NCBI RefSeq assembly: GCF_006345805.1
Contig: NW_021828015.1
Span: 1-64,000 of the forward strand
From: Octopus sinensis
Taxonomy: Eukaryota
Direction of reading: 5' to 3'
DNA length: 64,000 nt
Position numbers and translations under genes: made by a program. How positions within the stretch are numbered: the first letter of the stretch is position 1; every line of letters starts with the position of its first letter. The notes beneath the pieces were generated by a model that saw only the letters and a list, made by a program, of their open reading frames with translations, searched no databases and was not told the origin of the DNA. This document shows positions 24,533 through 35,435 of the stretch, piece by piece.

Positions 24533-25279
24533 AAGACGGGAAGGATGACTTCCCTTTGCAAATACTGACAGGACACAGAAAGTGTGTCTATGGCCAGCTG
24601 GAGGAGTGTGTCCTCCTGGGGCTAAAAACTACAGTAGCATCCACCCTTAGGGGTTAGCCATATTGAAATGGCAAAAATACGTTACAATGTGTTACCGCTA
24701 CTGTATATAACTAACTTTAATATTTATCATAGTAAGTAAATAATTCAATGAAAAGAAGAAAAATATAAGATATGGTAAAAAAAAAGGATATTTCACTAAA
24801 ATCTCAAGAACAAAGTTAACAGGGCTTGATAATTTAATGCTATAAAAACTTCATTTAAATGTCATTAAAATCTCATTAAAATATCATCAAAATGCCATTA
24901 AATGACAAGGTTTTTTATTTAATTGTCTCCGTTACAGTACAATAAAGATTATTCTTGGAAGGTAGCTGATGAAATAAATCATAAAAGAAATAAAGGAAAC
25001 ATGAAAAATAACAGAAAAAAATTGGTTGATTAAAATTCCTTCTTTTAGTTTTATTATTATTTTTACTTTCTTTTACTTGTTTTGGTCATTTGATGGTGAC
25101 CATGCTGGGGCACTGCTTTGAAGGGTTCTAGTTGAACAAATCAACCCAAGGAATTAAAATTTATTTTAAAAGTCTGGTATTTATTCTATCAGTCTTTCTT
25201 GCCAAATTGCTAAGTTATGAGAATGTAAACACACCAAGCAGTGGCAGGTAACAAAAACAGACAGAAACACACAAACACA

Positions 25280-25328
<49 letters not shown>

Positions 25329-25810
25329 ACACACACACACACAGATATATGCTTATGCATGCTGGTGGCATGTAAAAAAAGCACCCATTACACTCTCAGA
25401 GTGGTTGATGTTAGGAAGGGCACCCAGCCATAGAAAACCATGCCAAATCAGACTGGAGTCTGGTGCAGCCTTCCAGCTTACAAGCTCCAGTCAAACCGTC
25501 CAACCCATGCCAGCATGGACAATGGACGTTAAATGATGATGATGATGATGATGATGATATTGTTGCTATTATGTCAAAGTGTTCTATGTCCAAATTTGGC
25601 TCAAAGCGTTTTTCTTTCAATAGCCAGTTCTTTTGGTCAAACTATCGTATCTCCAGCTGCTTCAGATGCCAAGATATCAAAATTTGTCAAAGTGTAGTAC
25701 AACGGTTTTGCTATGGAATGGTGAAACTATTTTTTCGTCTTCTTAAAAAGCAACATTTTGGACTTACAACACTTTTGCGTTATAGCAACGATATATATGG
25801 AGTGGCTGTG

Positions 25811-26195
25811 AGGCACAGGGAGTGGCTGTGTAGTAAGTAGCTTGCTTACCAACCACATGGCATCAGGTCCAGTCCCACTGCATGGCACCTCGGGAAAGTG
25901 TCTGCTACTATAACTTTAGGCTGGCCAAAGCCTTATCAGTGGATTTGGTTGGAACTGGAAGAAGCCTGTCGTATATATGTGAATGTGTGTGTGTGTCTGT
26001 TTGTCCCCCACCATCGCTTGACAACTGATGTTGGTGTGTTTTCATCCCTGTAACTTAGTGGTTCAGCAAAAGACACCTATAGCATAAATACTAGGCTTAC
26101 AAAGAATAAGTCCTGGTATTGATTTGTTCAACTAAAGGCGGTACTCAGCCAAGCCATCAAATGACTGAAACAAATAAAAGAATAAATGAATAAAA

Positions 26196-26198
<3 letters not shown>
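25811..26198 (+). mobile_element. Abundant tRNA-derived SINE (other copies ~46159-46530 -, 54326-54900 +, 54921-55270 +; fragments near 11060, 14720, 18760, 25060, 27510, 29590, 36300)
   Basis: Shared GGAGTGGCTGTG.GGTAAG..GCTT head, GGCACCTTGGGCAAGTGTCTTCTACTATAG body and ATGACTGAAACAA.TAAAAGA tail. Confidence 0.85.
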
Positions 26199-26232
<34 letters not shown>

Positions 26233-26247
26233 ATATATGTATATATG

Positions 26248-26280
<33 letters not shown>

Positions 26281-26410
26281 GTATATATGTATATATATAT
26301 TGTATATATGTATATATATATATGTATATATATATATGTATATATGTATATATATAATATAATATATATGTATATATATATATATATATATATGTGTATA
26401 TATATATATA

Positions 26411-26451
<41 letters not shown>

Positions 26452-26661
26452 AGTTTTTCTAATGCTCGTTGCTTAGTTTTTCTTGGAGGGCTGGCCGTGA
26501 TCTAGTAATCTCAGATTAATCAGCCGAAATTATACGATGATCCGGTTCTTGACTGAAGACTGAGGGTTTCGAATGTCCTGTCCGTGTTTATTGTATCGTC
26601 TTCTTGAGTTATACGTTCTTGTCCATGTTGTATTTTTCTACATACCTTAATATATATATAT

Positions 26662-26755
<94 letters not shown>

Positions 26756-26982
26756 GTATATACATATATAATATATGTATATACATATATATTATGTGTA
26801 TATACATATATATATATATGTGTATATACACATATATATATATATATATGTATATATACACATATATATATATATATATGTATATATACACATATTATAT
26901 ATATATGTATATATACACATATATATATATATATATGTATATATACACACATATATATATATATATATGTATATATACACAC

Positions 26983-27015
<33 letters not shown>

Positions 27016-27047
27016 CATATATATATATATAATATGTATATATACAC

Positions 27048-27080
<33 letters not shown>

Positions 27081-27097
27081 CAACATATATATATACG

Positions 27098-27133
<36 letters not shown>

Positions 27134-27229
27134 CGTATATATACATATATATATATACGTATATATACATATATATATATACGTATATATACATATATAA
27201 TATATACATATATACACATATATATATAT

Positions 27230-27262
<33 letters not shown>

Positions 27263-27296
27263 TATATACATATATATATATATATGTATTATATAC

Positions 27297-27340
<44 letters not shown>
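26198..27340. repeat. Long compound (TA)n/(TATG)/(TACA) microsatellite containing a short repeat at ~26450-26650
   Basis: Direct inspection. Confidence 0.95.
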
Positions 27341-27342
<2 letters not shown>

Positions 27343-27983
27343 GAGAATTTACAAAAAAACAAAAGATGAAAACGTGTGTGTAAACAAAAAAACAGATGTA
27401 TTAGTTTAATGCTTGGGAAGTGAGAAAAACCTTTTACAATTTAAGCCTACACACTTTGACAGAAAGGAACATAGGAATAAACAGGGAGAGAAAATAAAAA
27501 AGGTTTAATAGCTGGGCTTCTTTCAGTTTCTATCTACCAAATCCACTCCCAAGGCTTTGGTCAGCCCAAGGCTTCAGTACAAAAAAACTTGCCCAAAGTG
27601 CCACACAGTGGGACTGAACCCAGAACCATGTGGTTGGGAAGCAGGCTTCTTGCCATACAGCCACACTTTCTTTCCTTTGAAGATTGCTACAATCTGTAAA
27701 GTTAATCTTCAAGTTGTAAAAGCTACGTTAATTGAAAGATACTGGAAAAAAAGGTGGGGATGATAACCTTTGACAAAGTTAAGTTGAATTATTTCATAAA
27801 CATGTAATAGTGCCTAATTTCTCAGGGTTGCCTTCTGCATGGATGCTATATTCTTTTAGTCTTTTATTCATTTCAGTTATTTGACTGCAGCCATGCTGAA
27901 ACACTGCCTTTAGTTGAGCAAATCAACCCCAGGACTTATTCTTTGAATTAAACAATGATGATGATGATGATGACGACGACGAC

Positions 27984-28016
<33 letters not shown>

Positions 28017-29149
28017 TAGGAGGAGGATATCAATGAAAATCTATGATGGGATGGTCACAGCTGTAATGTCTTTAATTGTAGGGTCTACATGATCAAGGTT
28101 GACCTGGGACTTAACCTACATTAATAGGGGAATATCTATGACATGCTGGAAGGAGTAGCCATAATTTTCCTCAAATCATACGCCTTATTGTCTTAAAAAG
28201 AAACGATACATTAGATATTGTAGTCCATGATACACTATACCAGTAAACAAAAACAAATAAAAAAGGACAGGATGGGCATGACTGGAATGTATGTTTAGCG
28301 GACCTTTGGTGACCTGGGGCTAATTTTGTTTTAAAAGAATGGTCTTGTTTATGTGATTATGGCTGAGCGGGGCTAAACAGCATCAGTGAGTGAATCTCTG
28401 CAACCTGCTAGAAATAGCAACCATGTGTCCTTCAAATCCTACACCCTATTGTCTTAGGAAAGAGGAAGATACATTGGTTAATGTAATCCTTGGTATATTG
28501 TGCATCAAGCTACCTATTGGTTTAACAAATCAAGGAACCTATTTGATTATGAAATTCTTTGTTCTTTGATACATTCCAGCTGTCTGTAAATAAGAAAGAC
28601 AGGATGGTCGCGCCTAGAAATCCTTTGATCAGGAATGCCAGCATCATTTTGGCTAGGAGAGTCAGATTGAATCATAACCTACATCTTTTAGGCTAAATTT
28701 TGAAAGACAGCTTGAAAGAATTATTATTACCAAAAACCTTATGCTAGTCAAAGTATATGGACAAAGGTGAAAATATATGTTTTAGCTACCTTGTTTACTA
28801 AAAGCAAAAGAAGAGATTAATAGCAAAATTTGTGCATAGAGTGGTCATCATTTCAGAGGTCATCGTTTCTTACCATCATTTTTGGCATCCATTTTCTATG
28901 CTTGCCTGGTTTGGATGAAATTTATTGAGATGGATTTCCTATACCAGGTTAACCTTTTTTGTCACTAAACATTACCTGTTTCCAATCATGGTACTATTTC
29001 CACATGGCAAGACATATTTTTGCTGTGGCATTTATCTATAACTATTATGCAGTATCAAGACAAAGCGTCACAAACATATACACACTCACACACACATACA
29101 CATGCATACATGTGTGTATATATGTATGTGTGTGTGTATTAGCTACTAC

Positions 29150-29309
29150 ACACATTTTTTTCTCTCCTTGTTTTTTCTGTGTCCCTTTCTGTAGAAGAGC
29201 GTAGGCTCAAAACATAAAAGACTTTTTCTATTCCTGAGCATTATACTAATACATCTGTTTGTTTTGTACACCACCTGTCTTCGTCTTTTGTTTTTTTCGT
29301 AAACTCTCC
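29150..29309 (+). mobile_element. Short (TA)n-abutting repeat, family A, with hammerhead-like motif (other copies ~27341-27500 -, 32180-32340 -)
   Basis: The three copies align over the motif and the TAATAC/CTAATACATCTG segment; each has (TA)n at its 3' side. Confidence 0.7.
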
Positions 29310-29321
29310 CTATATATATAT

Positions 29322-29368
<47 letters not shown>

Positions 29369-29435
29369 CAAAATGTAACCGCGTGTGTATATGGATGGTC
29401 TTCCTCCATCTTCCCTTCCTTTGGACTTTCCTGTT

Positions 29436-29468
29436 TTTCTGAAGAAGAGCTTGGCTCGAAACGTTAAA
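29436..29468 (+). ncRNA. Minimal (Penelope-type) hammerhead motif, family B
   Basis: UUU / CUGAAGA / a / GAGC-uug-GCUC / GAAA / CG / UU / AAA. Palindromic loop-less helix III (ACGU). Related decayed copy at 40146-40183 (-). Confidence 0.65.
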
Positions 29469-31038
29469 TCCTCTTTCCTTCCTTTCCTGAGCATCTGATA
29501 ATACAGTACTTGTACCACGTCCTTGCATTATTGTTTTTTCTTGTTTGTTCTTTGTTTGGATTCACTATATATATACATACATATATATATATATTTCTTT
29601 CAGTTTCCATTGACCAAATCCACTCACAAGACTTTCCTTGGCCTAAGGAAAGTAGAAGACAATTGCCCAAGGTGCCACACATAGGGACTGAAACTAAAAC
29701 CATATGGTTGGGAAGCAAACGTCTTAACCATACATCCATGCTTCTGCCTGATGTGTGGGGGAAAATAACTAATCTGCATGGTATATATACACTTTTGTCA
29801 AGTCCTTGAAGTGAGGACAGATATAGAAATTGTCCAAATGAATGTAAGCCATTCTTGAAACAACCAGTACTTGACAGAAAACTTGTACCTTTCAATATTA
29901 TTCCTGTCAACAGAATCCATTTAGATGGACACAAGATTTGCATGTATAGACAAAGTGAAGGGGGAAAAGGTCACAGCTTTTAGTATTTGGATTTGTACAC
30001 TTCTTTTTCATTGGCTGAGATAATAAACAATTCCTTAATGTGCACAGAATTGTGTAATCAGAACCAGTGTTAGTCATAACTTTAGTTGGGCACTGACTAT
30101 GTATGAAATGTTAACAATATATACTTTTTACAGAATATTTTCAAGCACATGATAGCAGCCAGTAATTGCAAGGGAGATAATCATTTGTAACTTAGTCATG
30201 GAGGGATTCGAAGCTTGAATTTTAAATCAAAGAGCAAAGAAGAAGATTCAAAATTACTAAAACTACATAATAACAGAATATTTGTTTTATAAGAGTGAGC
30301 CATGACTCATACATATAACATCTGTAGTTTTGATCATAGGTTTTGCTCAATCAGGTTTGACCTAGGGTTAAACACTAACGCCAATAACTAGTAAACAACT
30401 AACTCACTTTAGTTTACACTCTAATTCCATTACACTTTTGGCCATTAATTTTTCATTCGGCGGGAGGGGGGAAAATCAAGATTTTACTTTCTTTTACAGT
30501 TGCAATAATGTTCTATATTTCCTGTAGAATATCTTCACAAGAAAACCACCCCCACACCTGCCTGAGTTTCACCATTCCTCCACTCCTTGCATTCCAATCA
30601 TGAAGAGGAAACAACTATTAGAAATTTATCTCTGATTTCTTACATGTATTTTTATTTAATTTTTGCTTTTTTTTCTTTGTTTTTTTTAAGGTGATTTAAG
30701 AAAAAGAATTCTTATATATTTATTTGTTTTATTTGTGTGAAAAAATACATGTGCAAAAAATATATGTCTGCATATGTACACACATATATATATATATATG
30801 CATACATATAGATATATTATATATATATCACACATATATGTATGTATATATGTATATATGTATGTATGTATGTATGTAGTTAGGTAGTTAGGTAGGTAGG
30901 TATACATATGCAGGTATGTAGAAATATACGCATGTTTTTATATGTACATACACATGTATACATATGTATATACAAACACGCACACACACGTATATACATA
31001 CATATAAATATACATATACATATACACATTATTTACCG

Positions 31039-31080
<42 letters not shown>

Positions 31081-32133
31081 ACACATATATTTTATATTAC
31101 ATATATATATATATATATGTACATACACTCACATATACATACAGAAATATATGTGTGTGTGTGTATGTATGTACATATGTATATATGTCACTATATAAGT
31201 ATGTATACACTGAACCATGACTTTCCACATTGCCAGGTATGATCAATGATTCAGTCACACGGGAAACACGAAAGTACCAAAGTCAGACAGACAGGATATG
31301 GCAAAGTAAAACACTAAATTGGTAAAATGGTAAAATGGTGAAAATGCAATCCTAAGATCGACTCGGAAACATTCTAGAAAATTAGTGAAGCATGTTTTTA
31401 AAAACAGTAAATTGAGCAGACATTTACGCTTTTTCCTGATGTACTCAATGGTGGTGGTGGGGTGGTGGGGGTGGTGGCGGCGGCGGTGGTGGTGGGGCTG
31501 GGGTGGGGTGGGGTGGTGGTCATGGTGGTGGTAGTAGGGGTAGTGATGTCTGAGACAGCAGTGGTGGTGAGTCTGGTGAGAGCAGAGGCAGTAGCAGTGG
31601 CGATGGTCATGGTGATCATAATGGTGATGGTGATGCTGGTGGTGGTGGTTTTGGTGGTAGTAGAAGTGTTGGCAGTAGTAGTGGGGGGCAGGGACAGAAT
31701 ATATGTGTGTATTCAGAAAAAAAAAACATAACCTGAAGTTTCTCTGGCTGGTACAATAAAAAGATTTAATGTGAAAATAAGGTAAAAATTTCATCACTGT
31801 AGACATGTTTTCATAACTATGTTCTATAGAAGTATTGACATGTGTGGTAAACATATGCAGATTTTTTTGTGTGTATGCATGTGTATATGTGTATATATAT
31901 GAGTGAATGTGTGTGTAGGGGAGGATGTGTTTGTCAATATAGATATAGATGTATATGCATATACATGCGTATTTTATATATATATGTATATATCTATATA
32001 CACACATATACATATATATATACATATACATATATATATCATCACCATCATCATCACCATTTAGCGTCCGCTTTCCATGCTAGCATGGGTTGGACGGTTC
32101 AACTGGGGTCTGTGAAGCCATATATATATACAT

Positions 32134-32167
<34 letters not shown>

Positions 32168-32637
32168 CCTGTATATATAGGGGGAGAATTCCCCAGAAAA
32201 ACAAAGGATGAAGACAGGTTGTGTAGACAACAAACAGTTGTATTAGTGAAAAAGTCTTTAATGTTTCGAGCCTACGCTCTTCCACAGAAAGAAACAAGGA
32301 GAGAAAATAAAGAATGCGTAGTGACTAGCGATCTATCATGGTAAATACCAGACAGAGGGGGTCACACAGGAGAACTAGGAAGAAGGGGAGATAATAAAGT
32401 GGTGATGATCCCAAAACGAAGGTGCGCATGCATGTGTATAAGAGAGCATGTATGTGCGTGTGGAAAGCGCTGGTGACCTTGACTTGTGCTTACGTGTATG
32501 TGTAGGTGTGTGAATGATGGTGTGGGGCTGGGAAGTGGTCAGTGCTAGAGTGTGCATGGTGGTGTGATGTGATTTTATGTGGTGCTGTGTGGTATGGTGG
32601 TATGGTGGTATATGGTGAGGTGGTATATGGTGAGGTG

Positions 32638-32871
32638 CAAGGCGGCGAGCTGGCAGAGACGTTAGCACGCCGGGCGAAATGCGTAGCCGTATTTCGTCTG
32701 CCGTTACGTTCTGAGTTCAAATTCCGCCGAGGTTGACTTTGCCTTTCATCCTTTTGGGGTCGATAAATTAAGTACCAGTTACGTATTGGGGTCGATGTAA
32801 TCGACTTAATCCGCTTGTCTGTCCTTGTTTGTCCCCTCTGTGTTTAGCCCCTTGTGGGTAATAAAGAAATA
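32638..32871 (+). mobile_element. Full-length tRNA-derived SINE with 16-bp TSD
   Basis: GGCGGCGAGCTGGCAGA.. head and GCCTTTCATCCTTT.GGGGTCGATAAATTAAGTACC body. GGTATATGGTGAGGTG at 32622-32637 and 32872-32887. Confidence 0.92.
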
Positions 32872-32959
32872 GGTATATGGTGAGGTGGTTTATGATGTGG
32901 TTAATGGTGTTGGGATTTTGGGGAGGCAAGAGTGGGGAAAGCAAGGGTGGGGTGTGGTT

Positions 32960-33205
32960 AGGCTGAGGGTGGGGTAGAGGTGGGTGGGTGGGGGGGTAGA
33001 GGTGGGGTGGGGTAGAGGTGGGGGTGGGGTAGAGGTGGGGTGGGGTAGAGGTGGGGGTGGGGTAGGGTGGGGGTGGGGTAGAGGTGGGGTGGGGTGTAGA
33101 GGTGGGGGTGGGGTAGAGGTGGGGGGGGGGTGGTGGGGTAGAGGTGGGGGTGGGGTAGAGGTGGGGGTGGGGTGTGGTAAGTAATGGGGTGGGGGTGGAA
33201 GGGTG
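32960..33205 (+). repeat. G-rich minisatellite (GGGGTAGAGGTG)n with G-quadruplex potential
   Basis: More than 20 runs of >=3 G. Confidence 0.85.
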
Positions 33206-35392
33206 GGGTGGAATGGGAATAAGCTTAGTAATTATTCCATCAGTCTCTTTTTGCAGAACTGTTAAGAACCAGCATCGGTTGTCAAGTGATGGTGGGGAGT
33301 AAACACAGACATACACACACACACACACACATACATATATATATTTATTGAATTCATAAAAGGTGTTTTTTTTTTTCTAATTTATATATATATATATTAT
33401 ATTTTGTGAAATTTGATTTAGTATTTCTAAATTGAATTTTTCCCTCTAAGTTTGGAATAATATTCCCTCATATATATATATATATTATATATATTATTGT
33501 GTATAAATAATTTAAGCATTTATTAATCATTTAGTCATGAAAGAGGTGACCTGTGACAGGACACCTTACATGCTAGAAAGGGCAGTCAAAGCCCAAACCA
33601 CGAATAAGAGCAATTTCAAAGGGAATGAAAATAAAAAAATATTTTTGTACTTACCCTCAAACTTGAGTTTCGGTATCAATGTACAAATAAATTAATTTGC
33701 CATCCGTACTTCATCTGTGAAGTCGATAAAATTAATGCACATTTATGCAGCAAATAGCACCGAAAACACACGTGCACACCAGTTTTAGTATGTATGTGTG
33801 TGAACGTGTGTGTGGGGTGTATTCTGCATAAGTTCGGAAATGGTGACCAGGGAAAATTTTTCCTGAATATAATAAGATTTCAGCATATATATTGACAATA
33901 GAATATAATCTAATATTGTAGCATAATCCTCGTCGTTTAACATCCACTTTCTATGCTGGCATAGGTTGAATGGTTTGACTGAGGACTGACAAGTCAGAAG
34001 ACCGCACCAGGCTCCAGTCTGATCTGGCAAAGTTTCTACAGCTGCATGCCCTTCCTAACACTAACCACTCCAAGAGTGAAGTGGGTGCTTTATACATGCC
34101 ATCTGCATGAGGGCCAGTCAGGCGGTACTGGCATCGACCACACTTGAATGGTGCTTTTTGCATGCCACCGGCACAGGAGCCAGTCAGGGGCTGGCACTGG
34201 CAGCAACCATGCTCGATTGGTGCTTTTTACACACCACTGGCATGGGAGCCAGTCAGGGGGCACTGGCAACAACCATGCTTGAATGGTGCTTTTTACATGC
34301 CACCAGCACAGGACCAGTCAGGCGACACAAAAAATGGGTATTAGTACACATTGCTATCGAACTCACACCTCTTACTTTCGCAATAAGTGTGCTACCAATT
34401 ACACCAACAATCTCATCCATCTTTGCTTCATTAAGTTTAAGAACTATGACTTCATAGTGGTGTGTATACATGCATATTCTTCATAATTTAAGAAAAAATG
34501 ATAAGTGAAAATTTTGCATAAATATGATTGTAAGTTTTCACTGACTACACAAAATAATCTAATATTGGGACACATAAACCCACAAACGCTACCTGTTTTC
34601 ATGCACTTGTTCTTGGTTCTTCTGAAGAAAATATTATGAATTCATCACATCATGATACACAACCATCAAAATTCGTGGTAGTTAATACTATCTTTGCTTT
34701 TTTCATTTATGATTAGCATTGCCTCAGTATTTCATCTGCTTACACAATATGCATTGTTATATGAACCAGTTACAGATCATTTGAAACAGGTGTAAAGATT
34801 AGACTATTTTACACCTGTTATTGTTTGTCCAACCTTTTTGGGGGTTAGAGGATTAATATCAATCCTTCACCTACCTGACTCTTCTACCTCTGGACTACTT
34901 CTAACAACTTTGTATGACCATGGTACTCATTTACAACTATTGTGCAATGTTAAAACAAAGAAACATAAACACATACATATGCATGTATATGTATGTGTAT
35001 TGTAAATATATATATATATATACATACATATATATTAATTGAAGTGTATTATATATCCATTACAGCTGATCTTACCAATTGTTTTTGCAATAGGAATTCA
35101 ATGATGTGTTAGGTAACAGTCCAATTATGTAACACTGCACTCTTCAGAGGTAACCATTAAGGAATGAAATCGACCATTATCGATATATAATACTGTACAC
35201 TGTGATTCATATACCCACTCTAGTAGAGTGGGTATATGAGGGAAGATATATGAGTGCGTTTTTTTAGTGGCTTATAGATTCTTAGATGGCTTACAGACAC
35301 ACACACACACATTCACATATATCTATATATCTATATCTATATGCATGTATATATATACATATATATATATATGTATATATATACATATATAC

Positions 35393-35435
<43 letters not shown>

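Larger units (their letters stand above)
20017..24730. mobile_element. Retrozyme-like tandem array: ~350-bp hammerhead-bearing monomer, ~11.2 copies (ribozyme on -) plus ~2.2 inverted copies (ribozyme on +), flanked by a 12-bp TSD
   Basis: Monomer starts (ATCGTAACG) at 20016, 20372, 20725, 21073, 21427, 21775, 22125, 22478, 22830, 23177, 23528, 23882. Strand switch at 23958-23959. AGTAAGTAAATA at 20005-20016 and 24731-24742. Confidence 0.92.

Noticed and set aside
20492-24568. Repeated 63-aa ORF (MFDFTFSISATV...SLCKY) in the array monomers
   Set aside because: It uses a non-ATG start, has no recognisable domain, is broken by indels in many monomers, and spans the ribozyme cleavage site. The RNA structure explains the sequence conservation.
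20017-24730. Array as CRISPR, rDNA/5S/tRNA cluster or plain satellite
   Set aside because: No unique spacers and no rRNA/tRNA features. A plain satellite does not explain the complete hammerhead fold or the flanking TSD.
26245-27369. Long YI/IY/VC-repeat ORFs here and at 30.7-31.2, 38-40, 48.6-49.7 and 58 kb
   Set aside because: They are translations of (TA)n/(TG)n/(AAT)n microsatellites that lack stops by chance of composition.
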